A stretch of DNA of 62,885 nucleotides, counting the filler, from Stramenopiles sp. TOSAG23-2 (taxonomy: Eukaryota), in assembly GCA_900128395.1 (NCBI GenBank). It is 3 parts of 3 records of this genome, joined end to end, with 100 filler letters (N's around TTAATTAATTAA, not from the genome) between each part and the next. Parts side by side here need not be neighbours in the genome. Positions count along the whole stretch, not along the records: positions 21,023 to 41,915 come from LT649547.1; positions 42,016 to 62,885 come from LT649548.1; 1 more part is not named here. One strand, given 5' to 3'. The position numbers and the translations under genes are program-made. The notes beneath the pieces are model-generated. The model did not search any database. It had not been told where the DNA came from and worked only from the letters and a program-made list of their open reading frames with translations. Below are positions 34,783-46,205 of the stretch, in pieces (position 1 is the stretch's first letter; each line of letters begins with the position of its first letter).

Positions 34783-36216
34783 ATGGTATTGATTGAAAAT
34801 AAAGAGATATATGTATATTTTCTAAAGAAAAAGAAAGACAGATGTCATTCTCAGTTGGCAAACAACGTAATAATAATAATTATGAAAATAACCAAAAAAA
34901 AAAAGTATAAACATGAAAGAAACAAATTTAAAAATAGAAATAACATGATTTTGCCAAATTGCATTAAAATTATCGTTTTCACCGTCTTTATTATTACAAT
35001 AACTTTTTCCTCATGTATTACTATATTATATTTCCAAAAATCACAACAATTTTCCATCATGAACCAAAGGTATATCAATACACGTTTTAATTTAGATCGA
35101 ATGAAAGAAATAGAAGAGGAAAGAGCTGTCAAAATGTATAACCAAAATAATGTTACCTATAGTAATAATAATAATAAACAAAATGTACCATCCTCACATC
35201 AACAGATTAAAAATAAGAAGAATAATGATGATGATGATGAAGAAAAAATACCAGATGTACTAATTTTAACAATATTAAAAGATAGTGAATCATTTGGTCA
35301 TAGAAGAAAAATAAATAGTTATATAAAAATGATACAAAGGCTTTCACATAAGTACGATCCAAAATTAATATCAATTGGTATGTTAGTAAGTGATAAAAGC
35401 ACATATGAAGATATTGAAAATGCATGGAAGAAACCAAATATGCTTTCACATAAGTACGATCCAAAATTAATATCAATTGGTATGTTAGTAAGTGATAAAA
35501 GCACATATGAAGATATTGAAAATGCATGGAAGAAACCAAATATTGCAAACTATTTTAATAAAATTAAAATTTTTCATAAAAGACTTGATGATGAAAGTAT
35601 ATTAGGTGGACACAATGATCGTTTACGACATGCAGCTGGAATACAAAAAAAAAGAAGATCCATTTTAGCAAGATATAGAAATTTATTATTATCATTAACA
35701 TTAGGTAATATTGGTTCAACTGTAAAATATGTTCTTTGGATTGATGCTGATATGGAAATGATACCGGCAAATATTATTACAACATTTCAAAAAACAAATA
35801 AAAAGATAGTTACTTTACATACGAAACGTAATCATGAAACATATGATTTAAATACATGGAAAGGTCCTCGAATACATCCATCAATGGGAGAATTAGAAGG
35901 TATTAAAAAAGGTCGATTATTTATTCCAAGGCCATCAAATGGTTTGAAACATATAGATCAATTTACGAAAAACGATATAGGTTCTGATAATTTAGTTCAA
36001 TTAGATTCTGTCGGTGGCACTGTTTTATGGGTAAATGCAGATGTACATCGTCAAGGAATCAATTTTCCACCATATTATGTGATTGGGACCGAATGGGATC
36101 GCCCTGGTTGGGATGGAATAGAAACTGAAGGTATATGTTACATAGCAGATCAAGTATATGGTGGGAAAAATTGTTATGGATTTCCAAATATAATTGCTGA
36201 ACATCATGCGTCATAG
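34783..36216 (+). CDS. Anp1/Mnn9/Van1-family (GT62) glycosyltransferase, type II membrane protein; true start probably 34882 or 34945; 102-nt in-frame duplication 35340-35543
   Basis: N-terminal TM helix; RRSILARYRN, YVLWIDAD (DxD), YDLNTW, LDSVGGT..VHRQGINFP, IETEG. Confidence 0.85.
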   Translation: MVLIENKEIYVYFLKKKKDRCHSQLANNVIIIIMKITKKKKYKHERNKFKNRNNMILPNCIKIIVFTVFIITITFSSCITILYFQKSQQFSIMNQRYINTRFNLDRMKEIEEERAVKMYNQNNVTYSNNNNKQNVPSSHQQIKNKKNNDDDDEEKIPDVLILTILKDSESFGHRRKINSYIKMIQRLSHKYDPKLISIGMLVSDKSTYEDIENAWKKPNMLSHKYDPKLISIGMLVSDKSTYEDIENAWKKPNIANYFNKIKIFHKRLDDESILGGHNDRLRHAAGIQKKRRSILARYRNLLLSLTLGNIGSTVKYVLWIDADMEMIPANIITTFQKTNKKIVTLHTKRNHETYDLNTWKGPRIHPSMGELEGIKKGRLFIPRPSNGLKHIDQFTKNDIGSDNLVQLDSVGGTVLWVNADVHRQGINFPPYYVIGTEWDRPGWDGIETEGICYIADQVYGGKNCYGFPNIIAEHHAS

Positions 36217-36493
36217 AGAGATAAAAGAAGGAGGGTGCATGTGTGTGTAAAATGTCTAGAGAGAGAGTTTCTGGTGTGGGTGGAGATATGGATTTCCAAA
36301 TATAATTGCTGAACATCATGCGTCATAGAGAGATAAAAGAAGGAGGGTGCATGTGTGTGTAAAATGTCTAGAGAGAGAGTTTCTGGTGTGGGTGGAGAAA
36401 AACTACGTGGTATGGTATTTGGAGATATATTGTTATTGTGCCTTTTGTGGTATATAAAATGTTCTCTTACTCATATATGTGGTATATATATTT

Positions 36494-36524
<31 letters not shown>

Positions 36525-36897
36525 ATTTTTATTTTGATAAAAAATATTTTACTCGTACAAACTTCGGTATACATAATTATTACGCGTAATACTTCGTATT
36601 ATAGATATATTACGTACGTCGTATATGATAAAAGAATTATTCTTGAGATTGAGTATTTGAGCAATATCATATTATTTTACCACGCGGGAAGTTATAATAA
36701 CTTTTACGTAGATTTTAACCATATATCATTATATATCACTTCGTAATATGATAAGTGCATATCATTTTATATGATATATACACACACTCTAAAAATCAAT
36801 TTGATCTAATTTTTTCGATAAATATGTATCTGCATCATCATATGTCGGTGGAGCATTTTCATTGGATTTGCTACTACTACTACTACATACACACACT

Positions 36898-38527
36898 CTA
36901 AAAATCAATTTGATCTAATTTTTTCGATAAATATGTATCTGCATCATCATATGTCGGTGGAGCATTTTCATTGGATTTGCTACTACTACTACTACTACTA
37001 TTACGATTATTATTATTACGATCCTCACTACTATCATTTTTGCTAACTTTATCCAATTGCAATGAAAAATACATCATTTCATTTCTAGTTTTTTCCCATT
37101 TGCTATAATTTCTTGGTTCAAAAATATATTCAACACTTGCTGGTAATACACCAATACGTGGTCGAACTCGTTTTTTTGTACATTCATTTAATGTATATAA
37201 TATTGAATGTATTATTTCACGTCTTTTCATAATAACATCCATATGATCACCATTTGTATTCACAGATAATGATGATGTATCGTAATCATCTTTATAAAAT
37301 CGAAGTTTTTGGAACAAATCACGCAATTCTTCACACCTAGATTTAATATATTCACTATGTGAAAACAAACGAATGATATTTAATTCATCCCATGCATTTT
37401 CACTTGCTTTTTTTTTCCCCTTCTTCTTCTTATTGTTATCATCATCTTTTTGATTTTTACTACTATAATCATTATTATTCTTCATCATTGTTTTAAAATC
37501 TTCAATATCAACTTTATCTGCTAAATTTGTATGCAATGGTGAGATACATACATGCCATTTATTTAACGTTTCAATAACACGTGTTAATGTTACGAATGGA
37601 TCTTCAATCGGTCGTTCGTTATCATTATTATTATTGTTCTGTTTACTATTATTGCCATTTATTTAACGTTTCAATAACACGTGTTAATGTTACGAATGGA
37701 TCTTCAATCGGTCGTTCGTTATCATTATTATTATTGTTCTGTTTACTATTATTTTTGTTGTTGTTGTTACTATTATTTTTGTTGTTGTTGTTATTATTAT
37801 TATTATTATAATTTGGATGTACCAATTCATACATTTCATGTTTCATGAGAAAAGATGGATTTGTTTCCAAAACACTATGGGTACATAATGCTAACGTAAT
37901 CCGTTCTAATAATTTTTCAATACGTTCAACTGAATTATAAAACCTAGATGATGCAGCTACCATTTTTAATGTTTTTACCATACCTGGAATAGATGTATAT
38001 ACATTTTTTAATGGTCCTTTCGCCAAAGCTTTGAATGGTTTTTCTAATATAGTTAAATATTTACTATTCCATGTTGCTTCTACAGATAAACGACGTAAAG
38101 ATGCACATGCTTCTCTTAATTTTTCCCCTGATGTGGAAGATATCATAGACAATACACGTATTGTCCATTGTACATCGCCATTCTTCTGATTTGCTTCTTT
38201 TGATAATGGTGTTAAATAAATCGAACGTTTCTTCCAAAAATATATTTCTTCCAAAGGAAGTTCAAATACAGAAGCATCGTCAGGTACTAATCGTGCACTA
38301 GTTACGTAACTTACAGCAACTTGTATTGTTTCCAACCAATCTTTACAATATGTTTCCAATACCTGAATAAGATTTGGTGACCCTATGACAATATCTGCCT
38401 CCGTATGTGGTAAATCACTTGGTAATTTCGTTAACGTTGGTGTTGGTGGAATATTATTATTATTATTATTATTATTATTATGAACAGAAAATGAAGTTTT
38501 CATACCACCACCTGTAATTGATGTCAT
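36898..38527 (-). CDS. Stand-alone dynein heavy chain N-terminal (DHC_N1)-like protein; frame broken by 100-nt duplication 37553-37752
   Basis: PLEEIYFWKKR, EATWNSKYLTILEKPF, SSRFYNSVERIEKLLERI, RLFSHSEYIKSRCEEL. Removing one duplicate joins ORFs 37649-38527 and 36898-37536. Confidence 0.7.
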
Positions 38528-39086
38528 GATGATGAGGTGTTTTATTTTTTGGGGTGGGTGGGGGGTGGTAAGGGGAAAGGGAGGAAAAGGGATGGAAATA
38601 ATTATATATCAATTATATATATTACACAACAAAGAATCTGAGCAGTTCTTGACGATGATATCAAGTGTACTATTATTTCCTAAACGGTTATACTGTAGGA
38701 AAAGGGATGGAAATAATTATATATCAATTATATATATTACACAACAAAGAATCTGAGCAGTTCTTGACGATGATATCAAGTGTACTATTATTTCCTAAAC
38801 GGTTATACTGTAATACTCCCTCTCTCCAGACGTTCACAATCACTTTTTATTATTTTTTTTTTAATTAATTAATAATTTTTTTTAATTTTCAAAAAGTGCA
38901 AAACTCATTTGATTTTGCCATTGCTGCATTTCTATCTAGAGAATCTCATCATCATTTCCAATGCTGTGTGTGTATTAATCCCCTTTCCCAAGATCTATTC
39001 TCCTGCTATGTCCATATTAATGATAAAAAATGATATATATACCAAAAAAATACATTTTTGTGTAACACGTAATGTGTTGATGAAGT

Positions 39087-39181
39087 GTCCTAGTAGCGCA
39101 ACGGTTAACGCGTCTGCCTACGGAGCAGGTACGTACTAGACTACAAAATGAAATAGAAAAAAACGAACACAGTCTAACATA
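39087..39181 (+). repeat. Partial duplicate of the tRNA-Arg 5' exon and most of its intron (122-nt tandem duplication 39060-39181 / 39182-39303)
   Basis: Identical to 39209-39303; lacks the 3' exon. Confidence 0.85.
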
Positions 39182-39208
39182 GTGTAACACGTAATGTGTT
39201 GATGAAGT

Positions 39209-39349
39209 GTCCTAGTAGCGCAACGGTTAACGCGTCTGCCTACGGAGCAGGTACGTACTAGACTACAAAATGAAATAGAAAAAAACGAACACAGTCTAAC
39301 ATAAAAACCATTATATAGAAGATTCAGGGTTCAAATCCCTGCTGGGACT
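39209..39349 (+). tRNA. trnR-ACG: tRNA-Arg(ACG) with a 68-nt intron (39251-39318) at position 42/43
   Basis: Exons 39209-39250 and 39319-39349 give a 73-nt cloverleaf: acceptor GTCCTAG/CTGGGAC, anticodon arm TCTGC-CTACGGA-GCAGA, T arm CAGGG-TTCAAAT-CCCTG. A box TAGCGCAACGG; B box GGTTCAAATCC. Confidence 0.9.
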
Positions 39350-39357
39350 TTCCTTAA

Positions 39358-39364
39358 TTTTTTT
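39358..39364 (+). terminator. Putative Pol III oligo-T terminator of the tRNA gene
   Basis: T7 run 9 nt after the discriminator base. Confidence 0.6.
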
Positions 39365-39840
39365 GTTTTTTCTAGTGCTATTACGATGGTCAACTTTTCT
39401 ATTTTAAGGAAAATGAAACTTGCAAACGTGGCCCCAGAGAGGAACTCGGATAAATATGGAAGAACATGTTCTTCCATATTTATTAGATTTATTGCAGATG
39501 TTATATATCATATGATATGATATGACATTATATTATAATAAAACAAAAAAAATATTATTTTTGTTTGTTTTATCTTTTTTTTTCTTTTCCTAGTAGGTAC
39601 GATTGGGGATTGGATTACATCTCTGAGATAGAATATTGAGCATATACATATAGTCTTTTTCATTGGGAGGTAAAATTATTTTAAAAATATATCACACTTA
39701 AAGGTTTGTGTAATTATTATTATATATATATTTATTAACAACTTAGATATCACCAACTATATATCCATCCGGGATGAACACACAGGGGGGTTTCTGTGAT
39801 TTAGCAGTTTTATCTTTGAAACAAATGGCCAACAAGAAAT

Positions 39841-40887
39841 TCAAAAATCGTCCAACTCCATTTCGTCAATAATATCATCATCCTCATTTACCTTCACAAA
39901 TTGCTCATGTCTAATCGTTTTTTGACTACCATCTTTTAGAGTTAATGTAAGTATTACATTACGTAAATCATCAATCGGGATATTGTTAATGCATACCGTC
40001 GTGCATTGAAGCGATTGCAAATATTTTACCACTTTTACACGATACCATAACTCTGTCCCATGCTCGTATAGCGTTCCAAAACTATCGTGGAAATATCGAA
40101 AGGCAAAATCCAGTACAGTGCCAACGCCTTTATGCACAACCTCGTTCAGTAGAATAGACCGGGCATCATGTTTCAATGCATAATTTACTAAAAACAACAG
40201 CAATTCAAAGCCATTTTCATCTTTACAGTTGTCAACAGCAGCATGCAACATATTTATTTGGGGATCGCGATGAAGCAAAAGTGTCGGACTAGCATTTATC
40301 TCTTCATCAACGTCTAACAAATATTTAACTATGTCTTGTTTACCGAAATGTATCGCCGTGAAAAAGCCACAGTAAGTTAGCTGTGTTTGTGTATTGCAAC
40401 CAGGTAGAGTTAAACAACGAAAAAAATGTTCCGTTCCACGAGTATAACTCACACATTTGGTGACGAACGTCATATCTCCTTTTTCACATGCACGGCAAAT
40501 TGGGTTGTAACCGGGGTGTTGTCGATGATACTCTAAGAAAAGATTATTTCCACTTTCATATTTCATTTTTCCAACTAAATCTTTCTTATATGCATCTACC
40601 GTGTTGCCACCGTGCAAGATGGTAAATTGCTTGATAAACGAAGTTAATGCTAAACTATGCATATCTGATGCCATGAGATACTCCAATATAATTTTCTCTA
40701 CTAGGTTTTCTGGTAAAATAACTAGAAAATGATATGAAGGATACCATGATTCGATCGTTCGTTGTTTTAATAATTGGCTAGGACTTAAGGTAGAACGTTT
40801 TGAATGTGGTTTCTGGTTTATATCCAGGGATTTAAAGCCTACTTTATTATTTTCATTTACATCATGTTCTTCTAATTTAGAAAGCAT
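39841..40887 (-). CDS. Divergent ankyrin-repeat protein with an F-box-like N-terminal segment
   Basis: LPENLVEKIILEYLMASDMHSL (F-box-like); NPICRACEKGD, FTAIHFGKQDIVKYLL, MLHAAVD, GTVLDFA (ankyrin-like). Confidence 0.6.
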   Translation of the reverse strand: MLSKLEEHDVNENNKVGFKSLDINQKPHSKRSTLSPSQLLKQRTIESWYPSYHFLVILPENLVEKIILEYLMASDMHSLALTSFIKQFTILHGGNTVDAYKKDLVGKMKYESGNNLFLEYHRQHPGYNPICRACEKGDMTFVTKCVSYTRGTEHFFRCLTLPGCNTQTQLTYCGFFTAIHFGKQDIVKYLLDVDEEINASPTLLLHRDPQINMLHAAVDNCKDENGFELLLFLVNYALKHDARSILLNEVVHKGVGTVLDFAFRYFHDSFGTLYEHGTELWYRVKVVKYLQSLQCTTVCINNIPIDDLRNVILTLTLKDGSQKTIRHEQFVKVNEDDDIIDEMELDDF

Positions 40888-41673
40888 TTATACATCCAAA
40901 ATATTGATCTCTCCCTTTCTATATATGTATATATATATATATTTATTTACGTATAATATTTTCAAATATATTTTTATATGTTATTAAATATAGTGAATGT
41001 GTTTCGTATATATTTGTTATATGTATTTCATCAATCTATCGATCGATTGAAAAGTAGTAGCATTTGTGTGTGTTCGATTTCTTTTTGTTAGCGTCGTGTG
41101 TCCCGACTACTTTTTTGTTTTTTGTTTGCACATTTGTCGTTTCTCTTTTTCTATATATGTGTTTGTCATATCTCTCTATGTGCATTACTTGTTTATCTAG
41201 TTGAAATGAGGACAGTCTCTCATGGAAAATGAGAAAGTCGAATTCTTTCTTTAGCTGCTGACGAAGAAATATTTGCTTAATAATATGACTTGAACACGCA
41301 TTAACATATTAATATGATGCCTTCTTTCTCTTCGACTCCCGCAATGCTATCGATAGTAAATCGTATTTTACCTTAACCTGATGATGGTTAATTGGTCAAT
41401 TTCATCAAAGAAGAAGCCAAATAAATTAAGAAGTTGAATTACAGAAAACAGAAAAAAAAGATTTGATTGTGTTGTGAAAATATAAATATAATTGCTGTTG
41501 CTAACCATTGGAAGAAATAAAAAAAAACCAGAAAGATATAACCCCCCGCGGACGAATATCATTGTTATATATATATATATTTGTGAAAATATAAATATAA
41601 TTGCTGTTGCTAACCATTGGAAGAAATAAAAAAAAACCAGAAAGATATAACCCCCCGCGGACGAATATCATTG

Positions 41674-41704
<31 letters not shown>

Positions 41705-41706
<2 letters not shown>

Positions 41707-41915
41707 GAAAGTAAATAATCTATTAACAACAACAACAACATGTCTATTTATATTTGTATTGATAATATTTACAACAACAAGTACATGTGCAGAAAAAAAA
41801 AAGAAGAAAAAATCTGACACGTATTTGGTTTTAGATATTGAAGATTATATCCAAATTACGGATTGGTTTTCACGATATGCATCCACTGTAGATCATAAAC
41901 AATGGGAATTATTTC
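41705..41915 (+). CDS. Secreted SnoaL/NTF2-like protein, 3' truncated
   Basis: Signal peptide, then IEDYIQITDWFSRYASTVDHKQWELF, which resembles the SnoaL_4 N-terminal helix. Confidence 0.55.
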
Positions 41916-42015
41916 NNNNNNNNNNNNNNNNNNNNNNNNNNNNNNNNNNNNNNNNNNNNTTAATTAATTAANNNNNNNNNNNNNNNNNNNNNNNNNNNNN
42001 NNNNNNNNNNNNNNN
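41916..42015. other. Artificial contig spacer (N44-TTAATTAATTAA-N44)
   Basis: Same 100-nt linker as 20923-21022. Confidence 0.98.
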
Positions 42016-45000
42016 CCGCCATATTTCTCAAAATTTGTAATATCCACTAAATCGTTAATTTTCCCCAGTAACTTTATTGTTGATTTCTTGCGCAGTTTGA
42101 TAGCTACACTATCAATTGCGCCAGTCAACGAATCGTTCATAGATTCATACAATTTGTTTAATGTCTTAGAATAATTCGAAATATGCCATACTAACGCACC
42201 CGCGGCGGCTATCATTGGAATTGCTTTTTCTGGTTTTAACAAGATACCAAGCATGACCCAGCATCCTATATTACCTAGACAAAATGCTGAAAATATGTAA
42301 GCAATCATTTTTATGCTGCTTGTTAAGGACAAAATTATTGTAAAAATGGAATCTACTCTCTTCTTGTCTATACTACATCTTGTAAATATTGCATGGCTAG
42401 CTTTTACAATAATAAAATCTATGAAACTAAATAATAAACAGCATGCTGCAATTACAGAACCAACTGTGATTAATGGCATTAATAATCTGTCCATAGGCTG
42501 GATTTGAAACTCTTCAAACAAAACGCTAGATCTATACAGCAAACTGACTAAAAATACTGGAGCTAGAGGTAGTAAAATAACGGCGGACATTACTACCGCA
42601 TCTATCCCTTTCTTTATCAAACGATTGATCTTTAGCTTCGTGACTTGGGGTATTACCCTCCATATTGGAAATATGAAGACATGGAAATCAGATGATTTTA
42701 CTGAAATACCAGGCCATGGCCACTTTGCTAACTCCTTTATGTGTTCTTTGCCTTTCCGATTAAAATATAGTTCTAATTGCAATAAATGTATGAAATTTAA
42801 ATGTGGTAATATGATAGATTTTTGGTACAGCAAATTACGTTCTGAAATGACATCCGTTTCTCGACGCGTGGTGGTAATTTCTTTGCAATAACGATGTGCC
42901 GTTGCTTCCATGCGTTCAGAATATAACACCCGCCCGACTGATTGCCACAGAAATATTAATATGAAACAAAACGTGATTGTTGCACCGACAGATACCCCGG
43001 CAATCCATTGAATCGGTTCCGACCAAACCCGGACGGAAAGCGTAGCACCATGTTCTAAATCTTCATATGATGGAACCCGATGAAATCGCCCAGATGCATT
43101 CACAAATGTCAGCTGTAACTCTGATTCTTCCCCAATCAAGTTCCGTAACGCCAGGGCTACTTGCATTTCCCTTTCTTTTAAACTATTTAAATGCGAACCT
43201 GTAACACATGTGCTTTCGTCTACATGTAATTCAACCGTGTGAATGGATGGTGCAAGCACAGATAACGAAAACGCTGAAATGTAGCTACTACTTAAATACT
43301 GATACGCATCATTATTTGTGAAACTCCATGTAGATAGAAATGGAACTTCATATCCCCATACAGTCACCAACACTATATCATACATTGACAACGCAGCTTT
43401 GAAATGTTCTACCGACTCACTTTCAAATGTCATAGCGGTTGGTATTGTATCATTAATACTATATGCCCGGGTGGTCGATGGGCCCTCATTATTACATGTA
43501 CCTTCATTTGTATCAATTGCGAAATAACCTTTCAGCATTCCTTGTATAACTAACTCAGCGGTGTCACTAAGTGGCAATGTTGCGAAATCATACTTATCGT
43601 TATTTGATGCCAAAAATGCTACATTATCATTTTGTACGAACAACTGACCGCCGGATCGAACACACACTAAATCTTCAGGGACATTTGATGTAATAACTCG
43701 AAGTGCGGTTTGGTCTGTTCCTCGTAGTATCATTTCCGCTGCACCATACATTTCAAATGCCTTTAGCTCCGTATAATCGCTGGAAACCTCAGTCAATTCC
43801 GCCGATACCATATGGGCTTCCATATGCAAATAATTTACTCGAATTTGGAACAATCGCGAGTTTATTGTTCCATATGTTTTATCTGTTGCATCTAACACTA
43901 AAGCTTTGAAGTTTAAAATATCTTTTACGCTGGTAGTATGGACCTCAATTTCTGGTTGGACTACATGTATTGACAGATCGTTTTTTGCAACAACCGGAAT
44001 CGTGTTGTCGATGCCTGGTGGAATAAAAATTTCGATTGTACATTTGTATTGTAAACTAGTTGGTAATTGTGACTTTTCAGTGAATTTACTAGTCTGGTTT
44101 ACTGACACAGCGTCATCTTCTGTGGCGAATCCAGCTCGTTCTAATGCAGCATTAATCATTGCAGTGGCATCTGCATCTGGTGTAACTGTGATTATCGTGA
44201 AATTACCATCAGTTTTTATTTCAAAGTTTTTGGCCCAAGTAGCACTACCATATCCGTTAACCACAGTTGCTAATACTTTTACATTACCATCTTCAGAAGG
44301 AGATAATAGATAGTTACAACCCTCACCGACAATTTCAAGATTTGGAGTACTCAGAGCTGGTATGAGCATAATTTCTCCATTACTTGAAACAAGCGTATAT
44401 ATAAAGAGGGGTAAGACTATACCAGCCGCAATTAAAAACAAAATGTACAACCAAATATGAAATGACGTTGCTTTTTTCGATGGCGCACTTTGATCATGTC
44501 TACGATTTTTAGATTTAGTGCATATGAAAAGAATTGATAATTCCATTACTGCCCAAAATGAGGCAGCAATAATTAAATAAATTGTAAAGACATGGCGCAA
44601 GGGTACATTTTCAAGCTGCGTAACCAGACCCATAAATATAACCCCTAAAATTAACACACCCGAAATTTGTATATTATCAACAATGTGATTTGAGCTAGTG
44701 TTAATTGTTGCTACCAATTTTGTATGCGCGTTTGTTATATCTGTGGTATGAACTCGCATTGCCCAAAATTCTATTTTCAACTTTGAGACATCACGCGATT
44801 TTTTAAATTGATTGAACATTTTATTTTTTATTTTTGAACGTAGCCAACTCAAATTTTTCTTGTTAGATGGGGAATGTGGTGTTCTTGGTGAGCGTGTTTC
44901 ATTCGATTTTCCTGATCCTTTTTCATACAGCAAAACGCCACGTTGGATTTTTTCACGTGTCTCTTCTTCTAATATATATTTCATTGCGTCTAGTAAATCT

Positions 45001-46205
45001 ACATCACATTCACGTCTGATCGGTATACATATTTCAACAGGAATAATAGTATTTATTAATTCGCTTGATCCAATTGCTTCTAACTTTTTCAACAATGTTG
45101 TATGGTCACTTTGCTTAAATTTAGCACCACACTGTAAAAACTTTAATGCTGCAGTATGGTCGGAAAATTTAAAAATGTTTTCTGTATCGTTTTTATCTAT
45201 GAATATTGTTTCTTCGTCACCTTTCAATAAGTGTTTTATTGTGCTTTTTTTCTCTGTGCAAATTTTAATTGCTGTTTTTAAGGCAAGTGCATTTTCTGCA
45301 TTCTTCAATTCCATTTCGGCTCGTTTGATAACATCTTTCGCGGCTGCATTAATTGTATTCTTCTCAGCAGCGGCCTTTGCATCTTTGAGAGCTTTCTTTT
45401 TTCTATCTACCTCCACCTTTTCAACTGTCGTATCAATGGCAGTAGTAGAAAGGGAACCATTCAATGCAACTTCTCCATTCTTGTAAATTTTACCATCTGA
45501 ATCTAACGACCATTTTTTCGTACATTCTTTATATGCCTTTTCCATTACAATAACAGATTGCTCTTCTAAATCTCTCACTGTTGCACTTGGTTTCAATTGG
45601 ACTTGTCCTAGGAAACAAACGCTATCATCCGTTTCCTCGTCGACTAACAATACTTTAACGTTGTATCTATATGTTGCTTTTTCATCAATATCTCGTGCAG
45701 CTTCAATATCATCACGTGGCTCTATTTGTTTATTACGGACAATTTTCTTACATATTTTCTTCCATAATTTTATATTAAAAATACCACAATGCATATATTG
45801 CACGCATGTTAATAGCAGAGTAAATAAGCCTATTGAAACAGCCGCAAAGGTTACTATATAAACTGAATTTTCCAATCCTGCGACTAAAGTTGATGACGAT
45901 AGATCTTGATATTGATCACACGTTAGGTGACAATTTGTTTCAAGATCTTCACAAGCACAATCTATACAAGATAAACATGTCTTTGATCCGTTACAAAATC
46001 CTGTGCCGCCGCAATCAGTGTGTGAGACGCATCTGGTAGGAGCGATGCTTGTAGAAACAGTACTAGCACCGGCACCGCTAGCATATGTTGATGGTATATT
46101 AAGAAACAGTATGAAAGATAATGCTATTATTGCCACCAATGTATTACACTTTGTCGTATGACCTATAAAATTATTTAATGCAAATGGAGAACTACCACGT
46201 CCCAT
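42016..46205 (-). CDS. Large multi-pass membrane protein of unknown function, 3' truncated
   Basis: About 1396 codons: signal peptide, Cys-rich ectodomain, multiple hydrophobic helices; runs into the gap. Confidence 0.75.

Noticed and set aside
39087-39181. Second tRNA 5' half as a split or trans-spliced tRNA gene
   Set aside because: It is an exact 122-nt tandem copy like the other contig-2 duplications, so probably an assembly artefact.
31814-39349. TrmB and tRNA-Arg as a functional tRNA-processing locus
   Set aside because: They are 6 kb apart with unrelated genes between, and the TrmB looks bacterial-type/organellar.
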